A stretch of 64,000 bases of DNA, taken from Armatimonadota bacterium (GTDB lineage: Bacteria; Armatimonadota; UBA5829; DTJY01). The position numbers and the translations under genes are program-made. The notes beneath the pieces were generated by a model. The model was not told the DNA's origin. It searched no databases and saw only the letters and a list, made by a program, of their open reading frames with translations. The DNA is taken from positions 2,238 through 66,237 of the forward strand of contig JANYKG010000017.1 of assembly GCA_025358205.1 (NCBI GenBank). Direction: 5' to 3'. Positions 37,763 to 46,275 of the stretch are shown one piece after another. How positions within the stretch are numbered: position 1 is the first letter of the stretch; each line of letters begins with the position of its first letter.

Positions 37763-38413
37763 ATGAACTGGGTTTCAAACGCGTTTAGCCTTTTGGTCAA
37801 GGGTGGGCCGGTCATGGTTCCACTCATGCTCTGCTCAGTGGTCTCGGTCACTGTAATGATCGAGCGCTGGGTCTTCCTGAACCGCTCCAAGTGCGATTCA
37901 GAAAGTCTGATGAAGAAGGTCGAGAATTACCTCGCTCTCGGCAAGTATCAGGATGCCGTTCGGGTCTGTCGCACTGATGAGACACCGCTCGGCGAGATGC
38001 TGGTGTGCGGCATGGAAAGCGGTTCCAAATCGGCTGAGAAGTGCATGGAAGAGCAGGCGCTCAGATCAACGCCCAGCCTCTTCCAGAAGCTCAGCATGCT
38101 GGACACCATCATCACCATCGCGCCTCTGCTTGGTCTGCTTGGCACGGTCACCGGCATGATCCGCTCGTTCCACGTCATCTCAACCAAGACCGGGCTGAGC
38201 ACTCCCACCGCCATCACGGGCGGCGTGGCCGAAGCGCTTATCGCCACTGCCACTGGTCTTGCCATCGCTATCACCACGCTCATTGGCTACAACTTCCTGA
38301 CAGAGATGGCCAAGCACGTGGTCAGCGACATGGAAGTGAATGGCACTCGCCTGCTCAATATTCTCTCATCGGATGAGGAGGAACAGCATGCGGCTAAAGC
38401 AATGGGAGCCTAA
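37763..38413 (+). CDS. exbB: MotA/TolQ/ExbB proton channel
   Basis: GGPVMVPL, APLLGLLGTVTGMIRSF and GGVAEALIATATGL motifs. Confidence 0.9.
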   Translation: MNWVSNAFSLLVKGGPVMVPLMLCSVVSVTVMIERWVFLNRSKCDSESLMKKVENYLALGKYQDAVRVCRTDETPLGEMLVCGMESGSKSAEKCMEEQALRSTPSLFQKLSMLDTIITIAPLLGLLGTVTGMIRSFHVISTKTGLSTPTAITGGVAEALIATATGLAIAITTLIGYNFLTEMAKHVVSDMEVNGTRLLNILSSDEEEQHAAKAMGA

Positions 38414-38801
38414 GAAAGCCCGCATCGAAATCATCCCGATGATTGACACGATCTTCTTCCTGCTCGTGTTCTTCATGATCGCGTCTATGGCGATGACGAC
38501 CATGAAGGGCATTCCCGTTAACCTTCCCAAATCCGCCACGGCCACCGACCGCTCACCGGTTCGGACCGTGGTGACCGTGAGCACGAAGGGTAACTATTAC
38601 ATTGACAAGGAGCAGGTCGCGTTTGAAGAGATCGCGCCTGTTTTGAGCGCACGATTGAAGGATAACCCCAAGATGGTTGTGGTCATAAACTGCGACAAGG
38701 GACAGAATTGGGGCAGGGGAATCGAAGTGATGGACGAGGCAAAGCGCGCGGGCGCAGAGGTGCTCACCATTGCCACGGAACCCAAGGCGGCGAAAGGGTA
38801 G
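38388..38801 (+). CDS. exbD: ExbD/TolR biopolymer transporter
   Basis: IEIIPMIDTIFFLLVFFM and VNLPKS motifs. Confidence 0.9.
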   Translation: MRLKQWEPKKARIEIIPMIDTIFFLLVFFMIASMAMTTMKGIPVNLPKSATATDRSPVRTVVTVSTKGNYYIDKEQVAFEEIAPVLSARLKDNPKMVVVINCDKGQNWGRGIEVMDEAKRAGAEVLTIATEPKAAKG

Positions 38802-38804
38802 TCC

Positions 38805-39836
38805 ATGCGGGACAGAGTCCTCAGGTACGCGTTGGCCGCATCGGTTGGCGCGCACATCATTATTTTATGCGCGGTCGGCAAGACCTACTCGGCCTCCGGA
38901 AACGTTCCGGCGCCTGAGCAGCTTTCCGCCATCCGCGTGAATGTGGAAACACCGGCGGGTGAGAAGCCCAGGCCCCGTCCGATCATGCCGCCACGCCCGG
39001 AGTTGATCCCGGAACAGCCGAAACCCATTGACACACCTCCTGTGACCAAGACTCTGCGGGAGCGCATCTTTGGCGTCAAAACACCTCTGCCACCCACGCC
39101 GATATCTCAGCCGCAGGTGCGCCAGGCGCCTCAGCCGATGCCGCGCCCGCTGCCGACATCAACCAAGCCAGCGTCAAACAAACTGCCAGGCAATCCCGGC
39201 GGCGCTCTGAACATGGGAACAGGAAGCTCACACGGCGAGAATCTGGGCAACAGCGGTCGGACTCCCGTAGGTTGGGTTCCTGGTTCGTCCGGTGGCGATG
39301 GCAAGGGATCGGGCAGCGGACCCGGTGTGGGCAAACCTGAGCCGGTTCACGGCGCGGTTGACGGACCTGGAAAAGAGGCTTCTCCACCGCCTCCTCCGCC
39401 ACCACCGCCTGCCCCTGATATCGAGGCGAAGGTCTGCGCGGAATCCGGCATGCTTCCCGGCCCGAATTGTGAGCGCGTGGGCGTCAGATCGTTTCGACCG
39501 GGCAATCAGCCCACGGGTGTCTGCACGGTGTGTAAGCCGAAGCACGTGTCAACCCTCGCCGACAGATCTGTTCCTGAAATGATAAGCGGCAGACGAGCGC
39601 CGAAGTACCCGGAATCTGCCAGGGACAAGGGCGTAGAAGGCTCGGTCACAGTTGAGTACACTATCAATATCGAGGGCGGCGTCTCCGGCGTACAGGTCAG
39701 TTCATCGTCCGGCGATTCGTCTCTGGATTCCGCGGCTGTGGCTGCGGTTGAGAGTCGAAAGTACAAACCGGCGATTCAGGCTGGCATCCCCCGCAACTAC
39801 CGCAAGCGCGAAACCTTCCACTTCGCGCTGGACTAG
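38805..39836 (+). CDS. tonB: TonB family energy transducer with an extra Cys-rich module
   Basis: TM with SxxxH (SVGAH), Pro/Gly-rich linker, TonB_C YPESARDKGVEGSV...SSG..LDSAA. Confidence 0.85.
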   Translation: MRDRVLRYALAASVGAHIIILCAVGKTYSASGNVPAPEQLSAIRVNVETPAGEKPRPRPIMPPRPELIPEQPKPIDTPPVTKTLRERIFGVKTPLPPTPISQPQVRQAPQPMPRPLPTSTKPASNKLPGNPGGALNMGTGSSHGENLGNSGRTPVGWVPGSSGGDGKGSGSGPGVGKPEPVHGAVDGPGKEASPPPPPPPPPAPDIEAKVCAESGMLPGPNCERVGVRSFRPGNQPTGVCTVCKPKHVSTLADRSVPEMISGRRAPKYPESARDKGVEGSVTVEYTINIEGGVSGVQVSSSSGDSSLDSAAVAAVESRKYKPAIQAGIPRNYRKRETFHFALD

Positions 39837-39860
39837 CGCGCCGCCGGACAAAGCCTGACC

Positions 39861-39931
39861 TGTAGCCGCAGGCTTTATGCCTGCGAGGTCAGACCGCACC
39901 CGTAAAGGGTGCGGCTACAGGCTCTATCCGA
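39861..39931. repeat. GTAG-type REP doublet, family A
   Basis: TGTAGCCGCAGGCTTTATGCCTGCG-AGGTCAGAC-CGCACCCGTAAAGGGTGCGGCTACA. Confidence 0.8.
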
Positions 39932-39946
39932 TCCCTAACTCATCGT

Positions 39947-39972
39947 GATCATTCACGAATAACGTGAATAAC
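39947..39972. repeat. Partial family B hairpin
   Basis: ATTCACGAATAACGTGAAT stem-loop. Confidence 0.5.
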
Positions 39973-40054
39973 CCCCAGAATGAACTTAACCACGCAGGAA
40001 ATTCGTCATACAGGCTAGAATGTCCCATGTATAACCACGGGATCGGAGCGCGGA

Positions 40055-40564
40055 TTGGCGGACCAGCACACTACTCTCAGGATACTCGGCGTTGATCCGG
40101 GACTGAACATCAGCGGGTATGGGCTGATAGATGTCCTGAGGGGCCAGCCGTCGCTGATCGAGGCAGGGGTCATCCGCATCCCGGCCAGGCGTCCGCTGGA
40201 GCAGAGGCTGTCCACGCTCTTTCACGGAATCCAGGAGTTGATGCAGGAGTTCAAGCCCGGCGCGCTCGCATTGGAAGAGGTCTACACACACTATGAGCGC
40301 CCCAGGGTGGCGGTGATGATGGGCCATGCGCGCGGCGTTATCTGCCTGGCTGCGGCGGTCAACCAGGTTCCGGTGTTCAGCTATGCTCCCACGCATATCA
40401 AGAGTTCGCTAACCGGCAACGGGCGTGCGAGCAAGGAGCAGGTCAGGCGAATGGTGGAGGTCACCCTGCGCCTGAAGAAGTGCCCGGAACCGTTGGACGT
40501 ATCGGATGCGCTGGCAGCGGCTTTGTGCCACATCTCCAGAACCGGCAGGGAGGGTTTGATTTGA
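40055..40564 (+). CDS. ruvC: Holliday junction resolvase RuvC
   Basis: ILGVDPG, ALEEVY, GHARGV, GNGRASKEQV and DVSDALAAALCH motifs. Confidence 0.95.
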   Translation: MADQHTTLRILGVDPGLNISGYGLIDVLRGQPSLIEAGVIRIPARRPLEQRLSTLFHGIQELMQEFKPGALALEEVYTHYERPRVAVMMGHARGVICLAAAVNQVPVFSYAPTHIKSSLTGNGRASKEQVRRMVEVTLRLKKCPEPLDVSDALAAALCHISRTGREGLI

Positions 40565-41193
40565 TTTCATTTCTGCAGGGCAGTCTAACCATAGCCAGCG
40601 ACTCCGAGGTCATCATCTGGGCGAACGGCATCGGCTATCAGATCATGGTGCCTGCCACAGTCATGCATACCCTCCAGAAAAAGTCCGAGGACGAGTGTCG
40701 CGACGTTCGTCTCATCACGTTTCACTACCTGGAGAACAACCAGTCGCGAATCGTGCCGAGGCTGATTGGGTTCAACAACGAGATCGAGCGCGAGTTCTTC
40801 GAGCTGTTCATTACAGTGGCCGACCTGGGACCGAAGACCGCTGTTCGCGCGCTGTCGAAGGCGTTCCACTCCATCGCCGAGTCAATAGAGCAGGGAAACC
40901 ACAAGGAACTGACCGCGCTGCCCGGCATCGGCGATAAGAAGGCGCGGCAGATAGTGGCCACGCTCCAGGGCAAGGCCGGGAAGTTCGCCATGCTGCAGGA
41001 CGAGGAGATATCATCTTCGCCGCAGCCGAAGGAGGACATCCAGACCGACGCTATCGAAGTATTGCTTCAACTGGGTTACAGGCGCAGCGAGGCGCAGGCG
41101 ATGGTTACCAGCGCCGTGGAGTCCACGTCCCCTAGGCCGAAGACGTCCGAAGAACTGATACAGAAGATATACGAACTGAAGCTTATGAAGTAG
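40561..41193 (+). CDS. ruvA: Holliday junction branch migration protein RuvA
   Basis: (M)ISFLQG, NGIGY, LGPKTA, LPGIGDKKARQI and LLQLGY motifs; TTG start overlapping the ruvC stop. Confidence 0.92.
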   Translation: MISFLQGSLTIASDSEVIIWANGIGYQIMVPATVMHTLQKKSEDECRDVRLITFHYLENNQSRIVPRLIGFNNEIEREFFELFITVADLGPKTAVRALSKAFHSIAESIEQGNHKELTALPGIGDKKARQIVATLQGKAGKFAMLQDEEISSSPQPKEDIQTDAIEVLLQLGYRRSEAQAMVTSAVESTSPRPKTSEELIQKIYELKLMK

Positions 41194-41200
41194 AGCGCAA

Positions 41201-41856
41201 AGAATGGCTAATGGCTGGCCCGCCGAGAGCGGGAATGGACGATGGCTCACGGACAATGGCTGATTGCTGTTGGAGGATGGACGATGGAGAGAATTCGGGA
41301 CGTGGAGCAGATGCCGATTCATCGGTTGTTCGAGGATCTGGCATTCCGAGTAGAGGAATCGACTCGGCGTTTTGGACCGGAGTTCCGGTGGCTCCGTGTT
41401 CAGGTTCTTCGTTCATCCGAATCGGTGTGTGCCAATCTTGCCGAGGGGTTTTACGCCCAGTACAGCACGGAGTATGCTCAATCTTTGCATCGTTGTCGCC
41501 GTGAAGCCCGCGAGTCCATAGCTCATATTCGCTATGCGAAGGGAGTCGGGCAGCTTGACGAGACCTTGAGTGATTCTATCATCTCCTCGTATGTGAGCGC
41601 TCTTGTGCAACTAGCCAGATTGATCTCCGCCATAGAGAAAAAGATAATCGAGAGAGGGAAGGGCAAAGACCTGTCCTGCATAGTCAGAGAAGAACCTTGC
41701 GAATATGAGGTGGATTCGTGTGAGTATGCTTAGCCGACTGTGCCGGAGCGTTCCGGTCATCCATTGCCCATCAGCCATGGATTCCCAGCCATTCCGGCTA
41801 GCCATAAGCCATTTTCCCTAAGCCATTCCGGCTAGCCATTGTCCATTAGCCATTCT
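41201..41856 (+). mobile_element. Candidate element: four-helix-bundle gene enclosed by inverted heptamer-repeat arms
   Basis: Left arm of (A/G)ATGG(CT/AC) units at 41201-41289; right arm of AGCCAT(T/A/G) units at 41759-41856; perfect 14-bp terminal IR AGAATGGCTAATGG / CCATTAGCCATTCT; splits ruvA from ruvB. Mobility is inferred, not shown. Confidence 0.6.
41284..41733 (+). CDS. Four helix bundle protein (23S rRNA-IVP / bAvd-like family)
   Basis: LRVQVLRSSESVCANLAEG...EARES fits the QxxRSxxSxxxNIAEG signature; C-terminal VREExxxY tail; ATG 41284 after GGAGG. Confidence 0.85.
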   Translation: MERIRDVEQMPIHRLFEDLAFRVEESTRRFGPEFRWLRVQVLRSSESVCANLAEGFYAQYSTEYAQSLHRCRREARESIAHIRYAKGVGQLDETLSDSIISSYVSALVQLARLISAIEKKIIERGKGKDLSCIVREEPCEYEVDSCEYA

Positions 41857-41867
41857 CGGAGGTAGCC

Positions 41868-42938
41868 ATGTCCCGAGACAAGATAATATCAGGCGACGAT
41901 GCAGATGAAACCCCGGTTCGTGAGGCCGTCGTGAGTTCGGCGCTGGACCCGGAAGAGGATCGTCAGCAATGGAATCTGCGGCCGAAGACCCTGTCTGAGT
42001 ACATCGGCCAGACCACTGTCGTCGAGAGCCTGAACATCGCCATCACCGCCGCGACCAACAGGCGCGAGCCGTTGGAACACGTCCTCCTGCACGGCTCGCC
42101 CGGCCTCGGCAAAACCACCCTCGCGCATATCATCGCAACCGCCATGGGCGCAAACATCATCGCCACGTCCGGCCCGGCAATCGAGAAACCCAAGGACGTC
42201 ATGGGGATCCTCTCAAGCCTGGAGGTCGGCGATGTGCTCTTCATAGACGAGATTCACCGCCTCTCGCGCGTGGTGGAGGAGTTCCTCTACTCCGCCATGG
42301 AGGATTTCCAGGTGGACTTCGTGCTGGACCGGGGTGCGTATGCAAAGACCATAAAGGTGCCACTCAAGCGGTTCACACTGGTCGGCGCCACCACCCGCGC
42401 GGGGATGCTCTCGGCGCCTCTGCGCGACCGGTTCGGCATATTCACGCACATGGACTACTATGAAACTGAGGAACTCAAGCGCATCGTCCAGCGGTCCGCG
42501 GGCATCCTGAGCGTGAAGATTGACCCCAAGGGAGCTGAGGAGATCGCCCGCCGATCACGAGGCACACCCCGGATAGCCAACCGCCTGCTCCGCCGAGTTA
42601 GGGACTACGCGGAAGTGGAATCGGACGGCACAATCACCCGTGAGCTTGCGGACATCGCGCTGAAGCGTGAGATGGTTGATGAAATGGGGTTGGACAAGCT
42701 CGACCGAGCGTTCCTCCGCACGATCATAGAGTTCTACGACGGCGGACCGGTCGGCATTGAGGCGCTCTCCGCGACCCTGAACGAGGAGACGGATACGCTT
42801 GTGGACATGGTGGAGCCGTACCTGCTGAAGATTGGGTTCCTCAACCGCACGCCCAGCGGCCGCAAAGCCACCCGCACCGCTTGCGAGCACCTGGGCATGA
42901 ACACCGCCAAGCGCAAGCAGGGGCAGCTTCCACTCTAA
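41868..42938 (+). CDS. ruvB: Holliday junction branch migration ATPase RuvB
   Basis: [35 protein letters not shown] and [17 protein letters not shown] motifs. Confidence 0.97.
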   Translation: MSRDKIISGDDADETPVREAVVSSALDPEEDRQQWNLRPKTLSEYIGQTTVVESLNIAITAATNRREPLEHVLLHGSPGLGKTTLAHIIATAMGANIIATSGPAIEKPKDVMGILSSLEVGDVLFIDEIHRLSRVVEEFLYSAMEDFQVDFVLDRGAYAKTIKVPLKRFTLVGATTRAGMLSAPLRDRFGIFTHMDYYETEELKRIVQRSAGILSVKIDPKGAEEIARRSRGTPRIANRLLRRVRDYAEVESDGTITRELADIALKREMVDEMGLDKLDRAFLRTIIEFYDGGPVGIEALSATLNEETDTLVDMVEPYLLKIGFLNRTPSGRKATRTACEHLGMNTAKRKQGQLPL

Positions 42939-43147
42939 CACCCACCACCAAGCACCTGTTGAACTCGTCCCACGCGGCCATCCTCCAGCATCACCTTGAT
43001 GCCGTGCGGGTGGGATGAGCTCTTCGTAAGCAGTCGCGCCACCACACCCTCGGTCTGCTGACCGCTCGGCTGGTTCTGCTTCTCCACTATGCGCACCCGC
43101 TGCCCTGGTTGGATCTCGCTTCTGTTCGGCGTTGGCATGATAGACAT
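42935..43147 (-). CDS. YwbE/DUF2196 family small protein
   Basis: [15 protein letters not shown]...[31 protein letters not shown]. Confidence 0.85.
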   Translation of the reverse strand: MSIMPTPNRSEIQPGQRVRIVEKQNQPSGQQTEGVVARLLTKSSSHPHGIKVMLEDGRVGRVQQVLGGGC

Positions 43148-43151
43148 ACTC

Positions 43152-43457
43152 CTACTCGTCATGCAACTTATCCAAGACGACCTTACCGCTTTGGAACGCT
43201 CGTTCCTCTTCGCAGATCACCGACTTGTAAAAATCACATTTCATGCAATTATTGAACTTATGCGCGTAGATGCCTTGCACCTCGCCTCCGCACAGGGTTC
43301 CCGCAACCATCCAACAGGTTCGTCCGCCATTCTTTCCGCAGTTGACGCCATCTACCCGGATCTCCGTTGCCGATGGACAAACGCCAAATTCGGCGACGAT
43401 TGCGCCGCCTGGTTCTCTGCCGCACTTCTTATATTCCCAGCAGTTCAGTTTGCTCAT
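43152..43457 (-). CDS. Stand-alone two-CW domain Cys-rich protein
   Basis: NCWEYKKCGRE...CP...GRTCWMVAGTLCGGEVQG...CMKCDFY. Confidence 0.8.
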   Translation of the reverse strand: MSKLNCWEYKKCGREPGGAIVAEFGVCPSATEIRVDGVNCGKNGGRTCWMVAGTLCGGEVQGIYAHKFNNCMKCDFYKSVICEEERAFQSGKVVLDKLHDE

Positions 43458-43707
43458 TGATCGCCCCAATCTCCCGCGTCATACCCGTCACTATGGATTC
43501 ATCGCGCTATCACATATTATCGGCGGATTCGATGGACGTGACAGGCGCTACTCAAAGTCGGTTGCAGCAGCCAACGTCCGTTGCGCATGTCTCTGTATTC
43601 CCTGTGTACAACCTGGTTTCCTGTTATAATTGCACTGGTGAGGCTGCGAGATGGAGGATTGCGAGTTGAAGAAGATGCCGCCGAAGTACCTGGGGATTGT
43701 CAGAGGC

Positions 43708-46269
43708 ATGCCGCGTTTCATCCTAGTGATTCTTGCTAGCGTTCTGTGCTCCCACTGCGTTTGTGCGGACCCCCTGAAGGTCGCCGTTTTGAACGACGGC
43801 CCGGCAGTCAGCGACATTCAGAAGCTCTATCAGCAGGCAGGATATGCTGTCGCATTGGATAGCGAAGCAGACCTTGCGAACCTGAAGGCCCCGGAGACGG
43901 CGCTTCTGGTCATCCCGCCAAAATCGGTCTTCCCGCCGAACGCCCGCAGGGGTCTGAACCGCTATCTCGCGGAAGGCGGGAATGTGGCCGACCTGTCACC
44001 CCAAGCCTTCAACTACGACCCCAAGCCGGTTGACCCAAAGCCGATAGTGGACTTCGGCAAGGAAGGCGGATACACGGTCACCAAGCCGGAGAGCGGCGCC
44101 TACACGGTCATCAATCTGCCTGGCGGTAAGTCGAAGGGTATCCACCTTGCATCGAAGTACGTCTATGACGGCGAACTCTTCGTGAGCATTCCATTGGAGG
44201 CGCACCGTTCCGCCGACCGGAGCGTGGTCTGCTTCGATGCCAAGGGAGACTACGACATTGACGCACTTCGCCTGACGTTGGAGGACGATTCCGCCGCGAA
44301 GTATGTTGCGTTTGTGGAGTTGGGACGAGACTGGCGGCGCTACACACTCTCGTTCGCCGACTTCGTGCGGGTCGGCGAGGAGAAGAACCCCGCGCCTGTT
44401 GAACCCGCGAAAGTGCGCTTGCTCACCCTGGGAGTACACTACAAGGTGGTGTGGAAGGACGTCCGGGGATCGTTCTCCCTAGGGCAGGTATCGCTGGCTA
44501 AGGCGAGTCGGTTCGCTGGGGTTCCGACCTCATACATTATGAAGTGGCGGAATCGGTATGCCAGGTCGGGCGCGCCGTTCCCAGACTGGATTATTGATCC
44601 GTTCCAGCTTCCACAGCATTTCCGAGGAACCGAGGACATGGAGATAGGCGATGCGCTGAAGGTGACCGATATGCGCCGCGCGCCGATCCCATTGGCGAAG
44701 AGTTCTGGCAGGCAGGTCACCGCGTCAGAGATCCGCACGTTCACCGGCGGGCCGTATGCCAAATCGTCGCTGATCTTGTTCAGCATCGAGGGGGGTGATT
44801 ATGCGCCCGGGAAGCCGCTTGCCAAAGCGCTCATCTCCGCAAGCGATCTCGTTACCAGGACATGCCGGATAGCGAAAGTCACGCCGATCACCACACCGGC
44901 GGACGAGAAACCGACTCAACTTCGCTGTAAGGTCTCGGTGCTTAACCCACTTTCGACCAGCGTCAGTGGACGGGTGACCGTTACCGTCGCGGACGGACTG
45001 ATGCACGGCTCCGAGACAGCCCGCCTCAAGCCAGGCGGCTTCACCGATGTGACGGTCAACCTTGGAGAAGCGCCGCAGGCGTTCCCGATGACAAGATTCA
45101 AGTGGCGCGCTGAGGTCGAGGCTGGCGGCAGGCACGACGCCCTCGCGGATACCGTGGACGTGGAGCGGTCGTTGATTCAAGCCGCGATATACATGATGAA
45201 CGTGCAGAAAGGTCATCCAGATGGCCGATTCAGCATCTACTTCTTCACAGACATCTATACCGCCCGCACGCTCTTCGCACTGAGCAACTACCTGCGCGCC
45301 CCGGCGGTCTGGGAGCGCAACGCCGACCTGCTGGCCGGGCTGAAGCCGCACGACTTCGCCGAGTCCGCGTTCCGGTTCTGCGACATGGTAGTCTCGCGGC
45401 AGACGGCGGAAGGCGGCATCTCCATCGGCTATGCAGAGCGCGACAACCTGCTCTTCACCGCCGATGACGGCACCATAGTCCTGGGTCTCCTGCAAATCGC
45501 CTCTCAGATGGGTGACGATGCTCGCGCAAAAAGATACACGGAAGCCGGGCGCAAGTATTTCAAGTTCCGTGAGTCGCTGTACATCTCGGCGGAGAAGTCA
45601 AAGCGGCTTCAGGAGCAGTTCGGTAAGGATGCACCGGGCACGCGGGAAGGCCTTTACGGCCTCGGATTGCTCAACAGTGACATGCTGAAGAAGAACGGTG
45701 AGCACTGGCCGGAACCTAAGATCGAGGAGCGCGGCATTCAGTGGGTAATGCCGATATCAATGGGCGCAGTTGCCGCTTTGGACCTGATGAACCCGTCAAG
45801 CCCGGAGTACCACCCTGTCGTTTTGCGCGATGCCGCCGAGATCATCAACCAGGATTATGGAATCGGCCGATCGAGCTACTTCCACGTCGAGTGTCTCTTC
45901 TGGATGCGCCAGGCAATCACCGACCCCGACATCCGAGCGAAGCTCCTGACGAAGATCGAGCAATTCATCCCGCAGGTGCTGGGCGCCGATGACACTCCAT
46001 ACTACTTCCAGGGACGCGGCGCCCTTCACTGGCTCAACCTGGCGTACTACCGGCAGATAGAGGACAGCGCTCGTACCAGGGCGCCGATGGCTCAGGGCGT
46101 CTGGCAGCTCTGTTCGGAGAGTTCCGGAGGTTCACTCAAGGGCATCGCGGATAGGTTCCCGTCAACGGCATATGGGCCGTCATGCGGTGGATACCGGACA
46201 GTCGCGTACGGCAGCATAGCTCTCATGGAACTGCTGAAGCCTGGCAGCACACGTCTTCAGAAAAGGTAG
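43708..46269 (+). CDS. Large secreted protein: CBM-like beta-sandwich, Ig-like domain and helical (alpha/alpha) C-terminal region
   Basis: Signal peptide; FDAKGD...LRLTLED...WRRYTLSFADF resembles CBM11/CIA30; helical aromatic-rich C-terminal half. Function unknown and start uncertain. Confidence 0.55.
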   Translation: MPRFILVILASVLCSHCVCADPLKVAVLNDGPAVSDIQKLYQQAGYAVALDSEADLANLKAPETALLVIPPKSVFPPNARRGLNRYLAEGGNVADLSPQAFNYDPKPVDPKPIVDFGKEGGYTVTKPESGAYTVINLPGGKSKGIHLASKYVYDGELFVSIPLEAHRSADRSVVCFDAKGDYDIDALRLTLEDDSAAKYVAFVELGRDWRRYTLSFADFVRVGEEKNPAPVEPAKVRLLTLGVHYKVVWKDVRGSFSLGQVSLAKASRFAGVPTSYIMKWRNRYARSGAPFPDWIIDPFQLPQHFRGTEDMEIGDALKVTDMRRAPIPLAKSSGRQVTASEIRTFTGGPYAKSSLILFSIEGGDYAPGKPLAKALISASDLVTRTCRIAKVTPITTPADEKPTQLRCKVSVLNPLSTSVSGRVTVTVADGLMHGSETARLKPGGFTDVTVNLGEAPQAFPMTRFKWRAEVEAGGRHDALADTVDVERSLIQAAIYMMNVQKGHPDGRFSIYFFTDIYTARTLFALSNYLRAPAVWERNADLLAGLKPHDFAESAFRFCDMVVSRQTAEGGISIGYAERDNLLFTADDGTIVLGLLQIASQMGDDARAKRYTEAGRKYFKFRESLYISAEKSKRLQEQFGKDAPGTREGLYGLGLLNSDMLKKNGEHWPEPKIEERGIQWVMPISMGAVAALDLMNPSSPEYHPVVLRDAAEIINQDYGIGRSSYFHVECLFWMRQAITDPDIRAKLLTKIEQFIPQVLGADDTPYYFQGRGALHWLNLAYYRQIEDSARTRAPMAQGVWQLCSESSGGSLKGIADRFPSTAYGPSCGGYRTVAYGSIALMELLKPGSTRLQKR

Positions 46270-46275
46270 GAGATC

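Noticed and set aside
36127-41733. Reverse transcriptase plus Avd-like gene as a diversity-generating retroelement
   Set aside because: The RT lies inside a full group II intron with DV/DVI and a maturase X domain, it is about 4 kb and five genes from the Avd-like gene, and no TR/VR pair was seen.
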